Of a DNA stretch of 64,000 bases, positions 12,685 to 21,844 are shown one piece after another. Each line of letters begins with the position of its first letter. Position 1 is the stretch's first letter. This stretch comes from an uncultured Actinomycetes bacterium. GTDB taxonomy: Bacteria > Actinomycetota > Thermoleophilia > Gaiellales > Gaiellaceae. Made by a program: the position numbers and the translations under genes. Where the stretch lies: the NCBI GenBank assembly GCA_963699495.1, contig CAVOUB010000004.1:4865-68864 (forward strand), given 5' to 3'. The notes under the pieces were generated by a model. The model was given only the letters and a program-made list of their open reading frames with translations, was not told the origin of the DNA and ran no database searches.

Positions 12685-14145
12685 GTGCCGGTCGACGAGG
12701 GAGCACCCGCCGCGGAGACCGCTCCGAGTCACGGCGCGGAGATCCCCCGCGGGCTCGAGACGGTTCCCCGCTCGCTGTTCCTGGAAGGGCGCTTCGGGCG
12801 CCTCTTCCGCCTCCTCCCTCCCTTCGAGCCGCCCGACGACCTCCTGATCGACCTCGGCCGCAAGGGGGGCCCGATGATGGAGGGGACCGGCGGCGGCCAG
12901 GACAACCAGACGATCCCGGCCGGCTTCACCTACCTCGGCCAGTTCATCGACCACGACGTCACGTTCGACCCGACGTCCAGCTTCGCGCGCAGGAACGACC
13001 CCGATGGGCTGCAGAACTTCCGCACACCGCGCTTCGATCTCGACTCCGTCTACCTGTCGGGCCCGAAGGCGTCGCCGTTCCTGTTCGACACGCGCGCCTC
13101 GACGAAGTTCCTGATCGGGCGAAACCAGGCGCAGGAGCTCGATCTCCCTCGCAACAACCAGCAGGTGGCGCTGACCGGCGACCCGCGGAACGACGAGAAC
13201 ATCATCGTCTCTCAGCTGCACGTCGGCTTCCTGTCGTTCCACAACGCGATCGTGGCGCACCTGGAGGCGAAGAAGGCGAACCGCGAGGCGAACGAGCTGC
13301 CCGGCGAGTCGCTGTTCGACACGGCGCAGCGCCTCGTTCGCTGGCACTACCAGTGGGCGATCCTGCACGACTTCCTCCCTCGCATCGTCGGCAAGCCGAC
13401 GGTGGACGCGCGCGTGACCAAGGACTCGTCCGGACGCTTCACGATCGAACTCGACCACTACGAGCCGCAGGAGCAGGCCTTCATCCCGGTCGAGTTCGCG
13501 GTTGCCGCGTACCGCTTCGGCCACTCGATGATCCGGCCGCGCTACTTCCTGAACGACGTGATCACCGCGAACATCTTCGGCCGGCCCGGCGACGACCCGC
13601 TCTCGCACCTCGGAGGCGGACGGCGCCTTCCGGACGGGTGGCAGGCGAAGTGGTCGCTCTTCTTCAAGTTCCCCAGCAAGGCCGCGCCGCAGTCGAGCCG
13701 CAAGCTCGACGCCAAGCTGGCCCGACCGCTCTTCGAGCTGCCCGGGACCGTGGTCACGAGCCAGCGGCCCGAGATGCACTCGCTCGCCGTGCGCAACCTG
13801 CTCCGCGGAAAGGCGCTCGGGCTCCCGTCCGGCCAGGCGGTGGCGACCGCGGTGGGGGCGACACCGGTCACGAACGCCCAGCTCGGCCTCAGCGGCGCGG
13901 GCTGGGACAACCAGGCGCCGCTCTGGTTCTACATCCTCAAGGAAGCCCAGCGCGCGCCGCAGTCCGGACGACGGCTCGGGCCGGTGGGCGGGCTGATCGT
14001 CGCGGAGGTCCTGCTCGGGCTCCTCAAGTACGACGGGACGTCGTTCGTGAACGCCGAGACGCCGTGGAAGCCGCTGAAGCCGATCGCCCCGGCAACGGGC
14101 AGCTTCGGGATCGCGAACCTGCTCAAGTTCGCAGGCGTCGCCTAG
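12685..14145 (+). CDS. animal-type haem peroxidase family protein (peroxidase-cyclooxygenase superfamily)
   Basis: Distal-His motif LGQFIDHD, GDPRNDENI...FHN, and proximal-His motif AAYRFGHSMI. Confidence 0.8.
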   Translation: MPVDEGAPAAETAPSHGAEIPRGLETVPRSLFLEGRFGRLFRLLPPFEPPDDLLIDLGRKGGPMMEGTGGGQDNQTIPAGFTYLGQFIDHDVTFDPTSSFARRNDPDGLQNFRTPRFDLDSVYLSGPKASPFLFDTRASTKFLIGRNQAQELDLPRNNQQVALTGDPRNDENIIVSQLHVGFLSFHNAIVAHLEAKKANREANELPGESLFDTAQRLVRWHYQWAILHDFLPRIVGKPTVDARVTKDSSGRFTIELDHYEPQEQAFIPVEFAVAAYRFGHSMIRPRYFLNDVITANIFGRPGDDPLSHLGGGRRLPDGWQAKWSLFFKFPSKAAPQSSRKLDAKLARPLFELPGTVVTSQRPEMHSLAVRNLLRGKALGLPSGQAVATAVGATPVTNAQLGLSGAGWDNQAPLWFYILKEAQRAPQSGRRLGPVGGLIVAEVLLGLLKYDGTSFVNAETPWKPLKPIAPATGSFGIANLLKFAGVA

Positions 14146-14762
14146 GGCGCGTCGCCCTCTTCGGTCTCCGCGAGCTGGGCGACCGCCTGCTCGAAGAACT
14201 CCTCCGGCTGCGCGCCCAGGACGAGGAGGCGGCGGTCGAGCACGAACGCCGGCACGGCGTTGACGCCGATGCGGTTCGCCTCCTGGGTGGAAACGGCGAC
14301 CCGGTCGGCATAGCGGCCGTCGGCGAGGACGGCCGCGGTTTCGGCGCGCTCCAGACCGGCGTCGACAGCGAGATCGAGGAGCATCTCGTCGTCGCCCAGG
14401 TCGGCCCCTTCCGACCAGTAGGCGTGCATCAGCCGCGAGTGGACGGGGTCGTGCAGGCCCGCGTCCCGGGCAAACTCGGTCACCTGGTGCGCGCGGAGCG
14501 TGTTGGGGAGCTTGGGAGAAGGGTTGTAGGTCAGTCCGGCCGCCTCGACCAGGCGCCGGGTGTGCTCGTGGATCCCCGGCCCGTAGCGCTGCTCGAGCTC
14601 GGTTCGGGGCAGGCCCTCGTCGGGATACTCGGGATGGAGGAAGAACGGGAGCCATTCGATCCGGGCGCCGAAGCGGCGCTCGAGCCACTCGGCCCTGGCC
14701 AGGCCGACGTAGCAGAACGGGCAGGTGTAATCGCTCCAGATGGTGACCGGCAGTGCGCCCAC
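14142..14762 (-). CDS. DsbA/FrnE-family thiol-disulfide oxidoreductase
   Basis: IWSDYTCPFCY (CPFC active site) and GVNAVPAFVL motif. GTG 14762 is chosen just downstream of the uvrC stop. Confidence 0.8.
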   Translation of the reverse strand: MGALPVTIWSDYTCPFCYVGLARAEWLERRFGARIEWLPFFLHPEYPDEGLPRTELEQRYGPGIHEHTRRLVEAAGLTYNPSPKLPNTLRAHQVTEFARDAGLHDPVHSRLMHAYWSEGADLGDDEMLLDLAVDAGLERAETAAVLADGRYADRVAVSTQEANRIGVNAVPAFVLDRRLLVLGAQPEEFFEQAVAQLAETEEGDAP

Positions 14763-14779
14763 GGCCCCCAGGCTAGCTG

Positions 14780-16651
14780 CTAGGCGCCGCCCGTCCGATG
14801 CAGAGCCGTGTAGATCTCCCGCCCTACCTTGGCCGGGACGCCGGGAACCCCCTCGAGCTCCTCGGGCGTCGCTTCGAGCAGCCGCCCGGGCGAGCCGAAG
14901 TGCTGGATGAGAGCGCGCTTGCGCGCCGGGCCGACGCCCGGGAGGGCGTCCAGGATCGACTCCTTCGCCTTGGCGTCGCGGCGGCGGCGGTGGAAGCCGA
15001 GCGCGAAGCGATGCGCCTCGTCGCGGATCCGCTGCAGGAGCTGGAGCCCGGGCGAGTCTCGCTCCAGGACGATCGGCCCCGACCGGCCCGGGACGAAGAC
15101 CTCCTCCTCCCGCTTGGCGAGCGCGATCACCGCGACACGCGGCAGGTCGTATGCCTGAATGGCCGCGAGCGCGGCCGAGAGCTGGCCCTTGCCGCCGTCG
15201 ACGACGACGAGGTTCGGGACGGCGGCGAAGCCCTCGTCGTAGCGCTCGGCCGTCACCTGCTTCGCCCGCGCGAACCGGCGCGAGACGACCTCCGCCATCA
15301 TCGCGAAGTCGTCCTGGCCCTCGACGTCCTTGATCCCGAACTTCCGGTAGTGGGCCTTCTTGGGTACCGCGTCCTGGAAGACCACCATCGAGCCGACGGG
15401 CGACTCGCCCTGGATGTTGGAGATGTCGAAGCACTCGATCCGGATCGGGAGGCTCTCGAGGTTGAGGCACTCGCGCAGCTCCTCCAGCGCCTCGATGCGG
15501 CGGAGGCGGGACCGCTCGCGGTGGGCGGCGTCGCTCTGCAGCGCCAGCTCGGCGTTCTGCTGGGCGAGCTCCTGCAGGCGGCGCTTCTCGCCGCGTCGAG
15601 CCGGGCGCACCTCGACCCGTGAGCCGCGCAGGTCGGAGAGGAACTCTCCGAGCGCATCGGTCGGACCGACGTCGGGCGGGACGACGAGCAGCGGCGGAAC
15701 GCTCGGCGCGCCCCCGTAGTACTCCAGGCAGAAGGACTCCAGCAGCTGCGGCAGGTCCTCTCCGGCCTCGTTCTCCAGGTAGAAGGTGTGCCGGTCGACG
15801 AGCCGGCCGCCGCGGAGCGGGAAGACCTGGACCGCGGCCGTCCGGCCCGTCGAGGCGATCCCGATCACGTCGACCGTGCCGATCGCACGCTTGTCCGCGG
15901 CCTGGCGCTCGGCCAGGTGGCGGACGGCGGTGAGGCGGTTGCGGTAGCGGGCGGCTTCCTCGAACTCCTGGCGCCCGGCCGCGTCGCGCATCTTCTCCTC
16001 GAGCTCACGCAGCACGGGGCGAGTCTCGCCGGAGAGGAACTCGATCACGCGCTCGACGATCTCGCGGTAGTCCTCCTTCGTCACGTAGCCGACGCAGGGC
16101 GCCAGGCAGCGCTCGATGTGGTAGTCGAGACACGGGATCCCCGAGTGGCGGCCGGGTTGCGGCCCCTCGCAGGGCCGGTACGGGAAGACGCGGTTCAAGA
16201 CGTCGAGCGTCTCCCGCACCTTCTTCGCGGAGGCGTACGGCCCGAAGTAGGTGACCCCGCGGCGGTGCCGCTCCCGCGTGAACATGACCCGCGGGTACTC
16301 GTCCTCCACGGTGACGGCGATGTACGGGTAGCTCTTGTCGTCGCGCAGCCGGACGTTGAACGTGGGCCGGTAGCGCTTGATCAGGTTCTGCTCGAGATGG
16401 AAGGCCTCCACCTCGGTCGACGTGACGATCACCTCGATCGTCTCGACCCGCTCGACGAGCCGGTCGAGCCCCAGCCGGCTGTCGCCGCCGCGAAAGTACG
16501 AGCGCACGCGGGAGCGGAGCGACTTCGCCTTGCCCACGTAGAGCACGGTGCCGTCCGCGTCGCGGAACAGGTAGACGCCCGGCTTCGCCGGGATCCCCTT
16601 CAGCTGCTCCTCGATGCGCTCCTCGCGGCTGGTCTTTGTCGCCGTCGCCAT
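14780..16651 (-). CDS. uvrC: excinuclease ABC subunit C
   Basis: GIY-YIG N-terminus (PGVYLFRDADGTVLYVGKA), UVR domain, RNase-H-like endonuclease domain and C-terminal (HhH)2. Confidence 0.97.
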   Translation of the reverse strand: MATATKTSREERIEEQLKGIPAKPGVYLFRDADGTVLYVGKAKSLRSRVRSYFRGGDSRLGLDRLVERVETIEVIVTSTEVEAFHLEQNLIKRYRPTFNVRLRDDKSYPYIAVTVEDEYPRVMFTRERHRRGVTYFGPYASAKKVRETLDVLNRVFPYRPCEGPQPGRHSGIPCLDYHIERCLAPCVGYVTKEDYREIVERVIEFLSGETRPVLRELEEKMRDAAGRQEFEEAARYRNRLTAVRHLAERQAADKRAIGTVDVIGIASTGRTAAVQVFPLRGGRLVDRHTFYLENEAGEDLPQLLESFCLEYYGGAPSVPPLLVVPPDVGPTDALGEFLSDLRGSRVEVRPARRGEKRRLQELAQQNAELALQSDAAHRERSRLRRIEALEELRECLNLESLPIRIECFDISNIQGESPVGSMVVFQDAVPKKAHYRKFGIKDVEGQDDFAMMAEVVSRRFARAKQVTAERYDEGFAAVPNLVVVDGGKGQLSAALAAIQAYDLPRVAVIALAKREEEVFVPGRSGPIVLERDSPGLQLLQRIRDEAHRFALGFHRRRRDAKAKESILDALPGVGPARKRALIQHFGSPGRLLEATPEELEGVPGVPAKVGREIYTALHRTGGA

Positions 16652-16798
16652 GTCCGGGTCAGCCTAGCCACGCACCCCGAAGGCGCCGGGCGCACGGAGC
16701 TTGTGTTTCACGGACACAAAGTCCCGCCCCGGCTCTCCACGCGGTCTCACCGGCCCCAGGCTGGTCCCGGGGCTCGTGCGCGTGGAACACGAGGTGGG

Positions 16799-17965
16799 CT
16801 AGGGACGCTCGGGGTACCAGGCCCAGGCGCGGGCGAAGAGGGCGTCCATGTACGGCTGCTTGCGTTCCCAGTAGTCGCCGTGGGTGGCGGCCTCGGCGGC
16901 GAGGCGGCGCTTCTCGGCCGCGTAGCGCTCGACCTCCTCCGGGTGGGCGCGCAGGTAGTCCCGCAGGGCACGGTGCCGGTGCCAGTGCTCGCCGCCGTGC
17001 TCGACGGCGTGGACGTGGAACGCGCGCCGGCCGGCCTCGTCCTTGCGGAGGAAGAGGCGTCCAGGGAGACCGTTCTCGCCGAGGTACTCGTACGCGAGCC
17101 CCTCCAGGGCCGCGAGCTGGCCCTTCGACAGCTCGGCGCGGCGGAGCCCGACCGAGATGTCGATCACCGGCTTGGCCGCCAGGCCGGGCACGGCTGTGGA
17201 GCCCATGTGTTCGACCGCCACCACATCCTCGCCGAGCACGTCAAGGAGACGCGCCGCCTCGGCCTCGAAGAGGCGGGGCCACTCCGGGTCGTACTCGGCG
17301 AGCTCGAGCGGTGGGCCGCAGAGGGACGCTGCCACGGCTTCGAGCACCTCGCCCGCGCTCCCCCGCAGGATCAGCTCCGCGCGGCCGTCGACCCACGTCG
17401 GCGTGCGGTTGACGACGGCGACCTTGCCCCCGGCGACGAGCGTCGAGCGGGGTAGGTCGGCGACCGGGTAGACCTCGAGCGACGAGCCGACGACGAGCAG
17501 CAGCGCTGCCTGCTCGGCCAGCTCGACCGCCCGCGCGATCGCGGCCTCCGGCAGGAGCTCGTCGAAGAAGACGACGTCCGGCTTCAGGATCGCGCCGCAG
17601 GCCGGGCACGGCGGCGCGCCGTGCACCTCGATCAGCGGCGCGACCTCCGCGAGCGGGTGGACCGCGCCGCAGCCGGGGCAGGACGAGGTCCGGATCGAGC
17701 CGTGCACCTCGACGACGTCTTGCGACCCGGCGCGCTCGTGGAGGAGGTCGATGTTCTGCGTGACGACCGCCTGCACGAGCCCACGGCGCTCGAGCTCGGC
17801 GAGCGCCAGGTGCGCCGGGTTCGGCTGGGCCTCGCCGAGCATCGCGAAGCGCGGCGCGTAGAAGCGCCAGACCTTCTCCGGGTCGGCGCGGAAGGCGCCC
17901 AGGGTCGCGTACTCCCGCGGGTCGAACTCAGCCCAGATCCCGCTCGCGGAGCGAAAATCGGGCAC
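16799..17965 (-). CDS. Sir2-family NAD-dependent deacylase fused to a C-terminal GrpB (UPF0157) domain; the true start lies upstream of 17965
   Basis: Sirtuin motifs: PDFRS, TQNIDLLHERAG, HG, and a Zn ribbon CPGCG...CPACG. These are followed by a GrpB pattern, EYDPEWP...VEHMGSTAVPGLAAKPVIDI. The NAD-binding CVVLTGAGVSTESG is encoded in frame at 17966-18010, beyond the track start. Confidence 0.85.
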   Translation of the reverse strand: MPDFRSASGIWAEFDPREYATLGAFRADPEKVWRFYAPRFAMLGEAQPNPAHLALAELERRGLVQAVVTQNIDLLHERAGSQDVVEVHGSIRTSSCPGCGAVHPLAEVAPLIEVHGAPPCPACGAILKPDVVFFDELLPEAAIARAVELAEQAALLLVVGSSLEVYPVADLPRSTLVAGGKVAVVNRTPTWVDGRAELILRGSAGEVLEAVAASLCGPPLELAEYDPEWPRLFEAEAARLLDVLGEDVVAVEHMGSTAVPGLAAKPVIDISVGLRRAELSKGQLAALEGLAYEYLGENGLPGRLFLRKDEAGRRAFHVHAVEHGGEHWHRHRALRDYLRAHPEEVERYAAEKRRLAAEAATHGDYWERKQPYMDALFARAWAWYPERP

Positions 17966-18054
17966 GCCGCTCTCCGTGGAGACGCCGGCGCCGGTGAGGA
18001 CGACGCAGGGTTGGTTCTCGCGGATGAGCTGCGCCAGCTGCTCGACGGCCGCCG

Positions 18055-18498
18055 CTAGGGCTCCTTCCGCGCCCAGCGGCTTCCGGTCGACGGCGGCGGC
18101 TGGGACCAGAACACCTCGACGCGGAGGCCGTCGGGATCGAAGGCGAAGAACGCGTAGTAATCCTCCAGGTCGCGATCCTCCTCGGGCGGGCAGTGGATCT
18201 GGGCGCCGAGAGCGAGGCAGCGCTCGTACGCCTCGTCGACCTCTTCTCGACGCTCCACCTCGAACGCCAGGTGCTCGATCCCGACGCCGTAGTACTCGTG
18301 CCGGCCGCCGTCGGCCGGGCGCAGGCCGAGGTTCTGCTCGCCGAAGCGGAGGTAGACGATCTCCTCCGTGCCGCGATAGCTCGGGACGCGCAGGTCCTCC
18401 TCGAGACCGAGCGGGCCGAGCACCTCGAGGTAGAAGGCGAGCGAGCGGCCGACGTCGCTGACGCAGAGGTCGACGTGCTGGATCGCCCGCGCCGGCAT
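18055..18498 (-). CDS. VOC/glyoxalase-family protein
   Basis: IQHVDLCVSDVGRSLAFY...GIEHLAFEV...FDPDGLRVEVF pattern. Confidence 0.8.
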   Translation of the reverse strand: MPARAIQHVDLCVSDVGRSLAFYLEVLGPLGLEEDLRVPSYRGTEEIVYLRFGEQNLGLRPADGGRHEYYGVGIEHLAFEVERREEVDEAYERCLALGAQIHCPPEEDRDLEDYYAFFAFDPDGLRVEVFWSQPPPSTGSRWARKEP

Positions 18499-18539
18499 CT
18501 GCGGAATCTACAACGCCCCCGGTTCGTTCGGACTCCTCA

Positions 18540-19163
18540 ATGCACCTGAACGGCCGTCAGAAGATGTTGGACGCGACCTTCGGCGCGGTCTGCGAGACGA
18601 CCGGCTGCTCGGAGGAGCGCCGGCGCACCCTCGAGGAGGTCGTCAACCTCGCCGTCGAGCTCGCCCGCGAGGGGCGCGAAGGGCGGAAGATCGGGACGCT
18701 GTTCGTGATCGGCGACGTCGACGTGGTCACCGAGCAGTCACGGCCGCTGATCCTCGATCCCCTCTTCGGCCATTCGGACGAGCTCCTGCGCATCGAGCGG
18801 CCGGAGTTCCGGGAGACCGTGAAGGAGCTGGCGCAGCTGGACGGCGCGTTTCTCCTGGCCGACGACGGGACGTTCGTCTCCGCCGGGCGGTTCGTCGACG
18901 TCGACGTGTCCGCGCCGGACAACTTCCTCCCGGGCCTCGGCACGCGCCACGCGGCCGCGGCCTCGATCTCGAGGACGACCGGCGCGATCGCCGTCGTCGT
19001 CTCGCAGAGCTCGGTGGTCCGCGTCTTCGCACGAGGCGAGATTCGGGCCGAGATCATTCCCGAGCTCTTCCTCATGTCGCGGGAGAGCCTCTTCACGCGC
19101 TCGGCGGACGTACGGCAGCTGCCCGAGGCCGGCGTCACGCTCGCCGTCGCGGCCGAGAGCTAA
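18540..19163 (+). CDS. stand-alone DAC (DisA_N) domain protein, putative diadenylate cyclase
   Basis: GTLFVIGD...LDGAFLL (DGA motif)...GLGTRHAAAASISRTTGAIAVVVSQSS (RHR position reads RHA). No TM segments. Confidence 0.7.
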   Translation: MHLNGRQKMLDATFGAVCETTGCSEERRRTLEEVVNLAVELAREGREGRKIGTLFVIGDVDVVTEQSRPLILDPLFGHSDELLRIERPEFRETVKELAQLDGAFLLADDGTFVSAGRFVDVDVSAPDNFLPGLGTRHAAAASISRTTGAIAVVVSQSSVVRVFARGEIRAEIIPELFLMSRESLFTRSADVRQLPEAGVTLAVAAES

Positions 19164-19693
19164 CCCTCGTCGAGCAGCTTCGCGAGCACGAGCTCGTCCA
19201 CGTAGTGCCCGTCCACGAGCAGCGAGCGCCTGCGGGTTCCTTCGACCTCGAAGCCGCTCCTCCGGTAGAGGGCGATGGCGCGCTCGTTGTGCGCCATGAC
19301 GGTGAGCTCGAGACGGCGGACGCCATGGTGCTCAGCCCAGGTGCTCAGCTCGCGCAGGAGCGCAGTGCCGAGACCGCGACCGGACGAGGCCTGGCGCACG
19401 CCGATCACGACGTGAGCGCAGTGACGGTTCCTGCGGAACTCGCCCCCACGGGCCTCGACGTAGCCGACCAGGAGTTGACCCTGCTCGGCGACGAGGACGA
19501 TCGAGTTCTCCTCATCCGCAATGCTCTGGAGGCTCTGCGCCCGGTCGGGCACGGTCTCGCTCCGCTCGCCGGGCTCGAGCAGCATGAAGCTCGTCTCGCG
19601 ATCCAAGAGATGCTTGAGCTCCAGCAGCCGGGCCGCGTCTTCAGGCACAGCCGGCCGGATGCGTGGCGCCTCGGGCCCGGTCATCGGCGTCAA
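19160..19693 (-). CDS. GNAT-family N-acetyltransferase
   Basis: Acetyl-CoA motif QASSGRGLGTALLREL and NERAIALYRRSGFEVEG. Confidence 0.85.
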   Translation of the reverse strand: MTPMTGPEAPRIRPAVPEDAARLLELKHLLDRETSFMLLEPGERSETVPDRAQSLQSIADEENSIVLVAEQGQLLVGYVEARGGEFRRNRHCAHVVIGVRQASSGRGLGTALLRELSTWAEHHGVRRLELTVMAHNERAIALYRRSGFEVEGTRRRSLLVDGHYVDELVLAKLLDEG

Positions 19694-19839
19694 CGTACTA
19701 GGCGGCCGCCGGTCTGTCGCCTACGGTGAAGGGATGGCGGCGCTCCGCACGCTGACCCCGCTGGACGAGCGGGCGCGCGACCTCCTCGAGGCGAACACGC
19801 AGACCGGCGAGCTGCGCGGCCGGCATCTTCCGGTTCACC

Positions 19840-21006
19840 GTGCCGAGTGTGCGCGACTACCCGTTCCAGTGGTTCTGGGACTCGTGCTTCCACGCCGTCG
19901 TCTGGTCGCGCTTCGACGCGGAGCGCGCAGCGGACGAGTTGCGCGGCCTCCTCGCGGTGCAGGAGCCGGACGGGCTCGTCCCGCACGTGATCTTTTGGAA
20001 AGGCGACCTCGTCTCGCGGCTCCAATGGCACCACCTCGAGAGCCGGACGGCCGGCCGCCTGCCCTTCCACCGCACGCCGCACACGACGGCGCAGATGCAG
20101 CCGCCCGTCCTCGCCCAGGCGGTCGAGCGCGTCGTGGACGCCGGCGCGGACGGCTTCCTCGCCGAGGCTCTCCCCCATCTGGAGCGCTACTACCGCTACC
20201 TCGCGGCCCTGCGCGACCCGGACGGCGACGGGCTGATCTCGATCGTCTCCCAGTTCGAGAGCGGGCTCGACTTCAGCCCGGCCTACGACGAGGCGATCGG
20301 CGTCCACCGGCCCTCGCCGGCCGCGCTCTTCGTGCGGACCCGCCTCCCGCAACTGGAGAACAAGCTCGCGAACTACGACCTCGAGACGATCTTCCACCGC
20401 TACGGCCACCACGTCGAGGACGTCCTCGTCAACGCCGTCTACGGCCAGGGCCTGCGGGCGCTGGCGCGGCTGGCGAGGCGAGCCGGGCGCGAGGCCACCG
20501 TCCGCTGGGCCTCGGCGACCGCCGACCAGGTCACCGCGTCCCTGCTCGAGCGCTGCTGGGACGAGCGCCTCGGCCTCTTCGTCAACCTCACGGGCCCGGA
20601 CGAGCGACGCTCGCGCGTGAAGACGATCCACGGGCTCATGCCGCTGGTCCTCCCTGACCTGCCGCCGGCCGTCGCCGACCGGCTGGTCGAGCACCTGGAC
20701 GACCCGCGCACCTTTGGAGCGCCGTTCCCGGTGCCGTCCGTCGCCCTGGACGAGCCGACCTTCCTTCGGGATCACCGCCTGCGCGGCTTCCGGTTCATCT
20801 GGCGAGGGCCGCTCTCGCTGAACACGAACTGGTTCCTCGTCCACGGCCTCCGCATCCACGGCTGCGACGACGTCGCCGCCCGCATCGCGGAGCGCTCGCG
20901 CGACGCGGTCGAGCGCGGCGGCCTGAACGAGTTCTACGACCCGCTCGACGGTAGCCCGGTCGGGGCCGAGCGGTTCGGCTGGGCGACTCTCGTCGTGGAC
21001 CTTTAG
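19840..21006 (+). CDS. (alpha/alpha)6-barrel glycoside hydrolase, GH63/mannosylglycerate-hydrolase-like; the N-terminus is probably encoded from ATG 19734 in another frame
   Basis: FTVPSVRDYPFQWFWDSCFHA motif and SQFESGLDFSP. The family call is from remembered motifs. See the frameshift finding. Confidence 0.7.
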   Translation: MPSVRDYPFQWFWDSCFHAVVWSRFDAERAADELRGLLAVQEPDGLVPHVIFWKGDLVSRLQWHHLESRTAGRLPFHRTPHTTAQMQPPVLAQAVERVVDAGADGFLAEALPHLERYYRYLAALRDPDGDGLISIVSQFESGLDFSPAYDEAIGVHRPSPAALFVRTRLPQLENKLANYDLETIFHRYGHHVEDVLVNAVYGQGLRALARLARRAGREATVRWASATADQVTASLLERCWDERLGLFVNLTGPDERRSRVKTIHGLMPLVLPDLPPAVADRLVEHLDDPRTFGAPFPVPSVALDEPTFLRDHRLRGFRFIWRGPLSLNTNWFLVHGLRIHGCDDVAARIAERSRDAVERGGLNEFYDPLDGSPVGAERFGWATLVVDL

Positions 21007-21098
21007 GTCGCGGGCGCGCCCGCCTGCCCGCCGGCGGACGCGCCGCGCCACGTCGAGCGTACGAGGGAAATCGTCACACGAGTGGGTACGATTGAGCC

Positions 21099-21803
21099 GT
21101 GGCTGAGGAGACTTCGACTCAATACGTCGCGTACACGCTCTACAAGGCCGACCCGGCCTGGCTGCGGCTCCCGATCGAAGAGCGAACCGCCGCCAAGGAC
21201 GCGTTCGCCGAGGTGGTCGACGACTGGGCCGAGCGGATGGAGGTTCGCTCTTACAGCCTCGTCGGCGTCCGGCCGGAGGCGGACTTCATGCTCTGGAAGC
21301 TGACCGACCGCTACGACGACCTCCGCGAGCTGGGCACGGCGCTCAACGGCACTCCGCTTGCCGGCTGGCTGACGACGCCGTACTCCTACCTCGCCGCGAG
21401 CGAGCCCTCCCAGTACTTCGAGCCGAAGAGCAAGCGCCCCCGCCGAGTCATCCCGCGCGGGGCGCCCTACCTCGTCGTCTATCCGTTCGTGAAGAAGCGG
21501 GAGTGGTACTCGCTGCCGATGGACGACCGGCGGCGCGCGATGCAGGAGCACGCCGCGGTCGGCAGCCGCTTCGTGACGATCACGAACCACACGACGTACT
21601 CGTTCGGGATCGACGACCAGGAGTTCATGACCGCGTTCGAGTGCGAGGCGCCGTCGGACTTCCTCCAGCTGATGAAGACGCTGCGGGAGACCGAGGCCAG
21701 CCGCTACACGGAGCGCGACACGCCGATCTTCGTCGGGACCGCCCAGGAGATCCGGGAGATCCTGGACTCGCTCGACGGCGCGTCGGCGCGCGTCGCGTCC
21801 TGA
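21099..21803 (+). CDS. chdC: hydrogen-peroxide-dependent haem synthase (coproheme decarboxylase, chlorite-dismutase family)
   Basis: YAYTLYK..., VVYPFVKKREWYSLP, MQEHAAVG, FGIDDQEFMTAFE motifs typical of HemQ/ChdC. Confidence 0.9.
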   Translation: MAEETSTQYVAYTLYKADPAWLRLPIEERTAAKDAFAEVVDDWAERMEVRSYSLVGVRPEADFMLWKLTDRYDDLRELGTALNGTPLAGWLTTPYSYLAASEPSQYFEPKSKRPRRVIPRGAPYLVVYPFVKKREWYSLPMDDRRRAMQEHAAVGSRFVTITNHTTYSFGIDDQEFMTAFECEAPSDFLQLMKTLRETEASRYTERDTPIFVGTAQEIREILDSLDGASARVAS

Positions 21804-21844
21804 TCCCCGGCGACGAGCTCGAGATCCCGCCGCAAGCCGGGCCA

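Noticed and set aside
16799-17965. Sir2 domain as a defence-type SIR2 (Thoeris ThsA / DSR-like NADase)
   Set aside because: It has the full sirtuin motif set, including the CxxC...CxxC zinc ribbon of CobB-type deacylases. It also sits among housekeeping genes. A metabolic or regulatory deacylase is therefore more likely; the fusion itself is reported separately.
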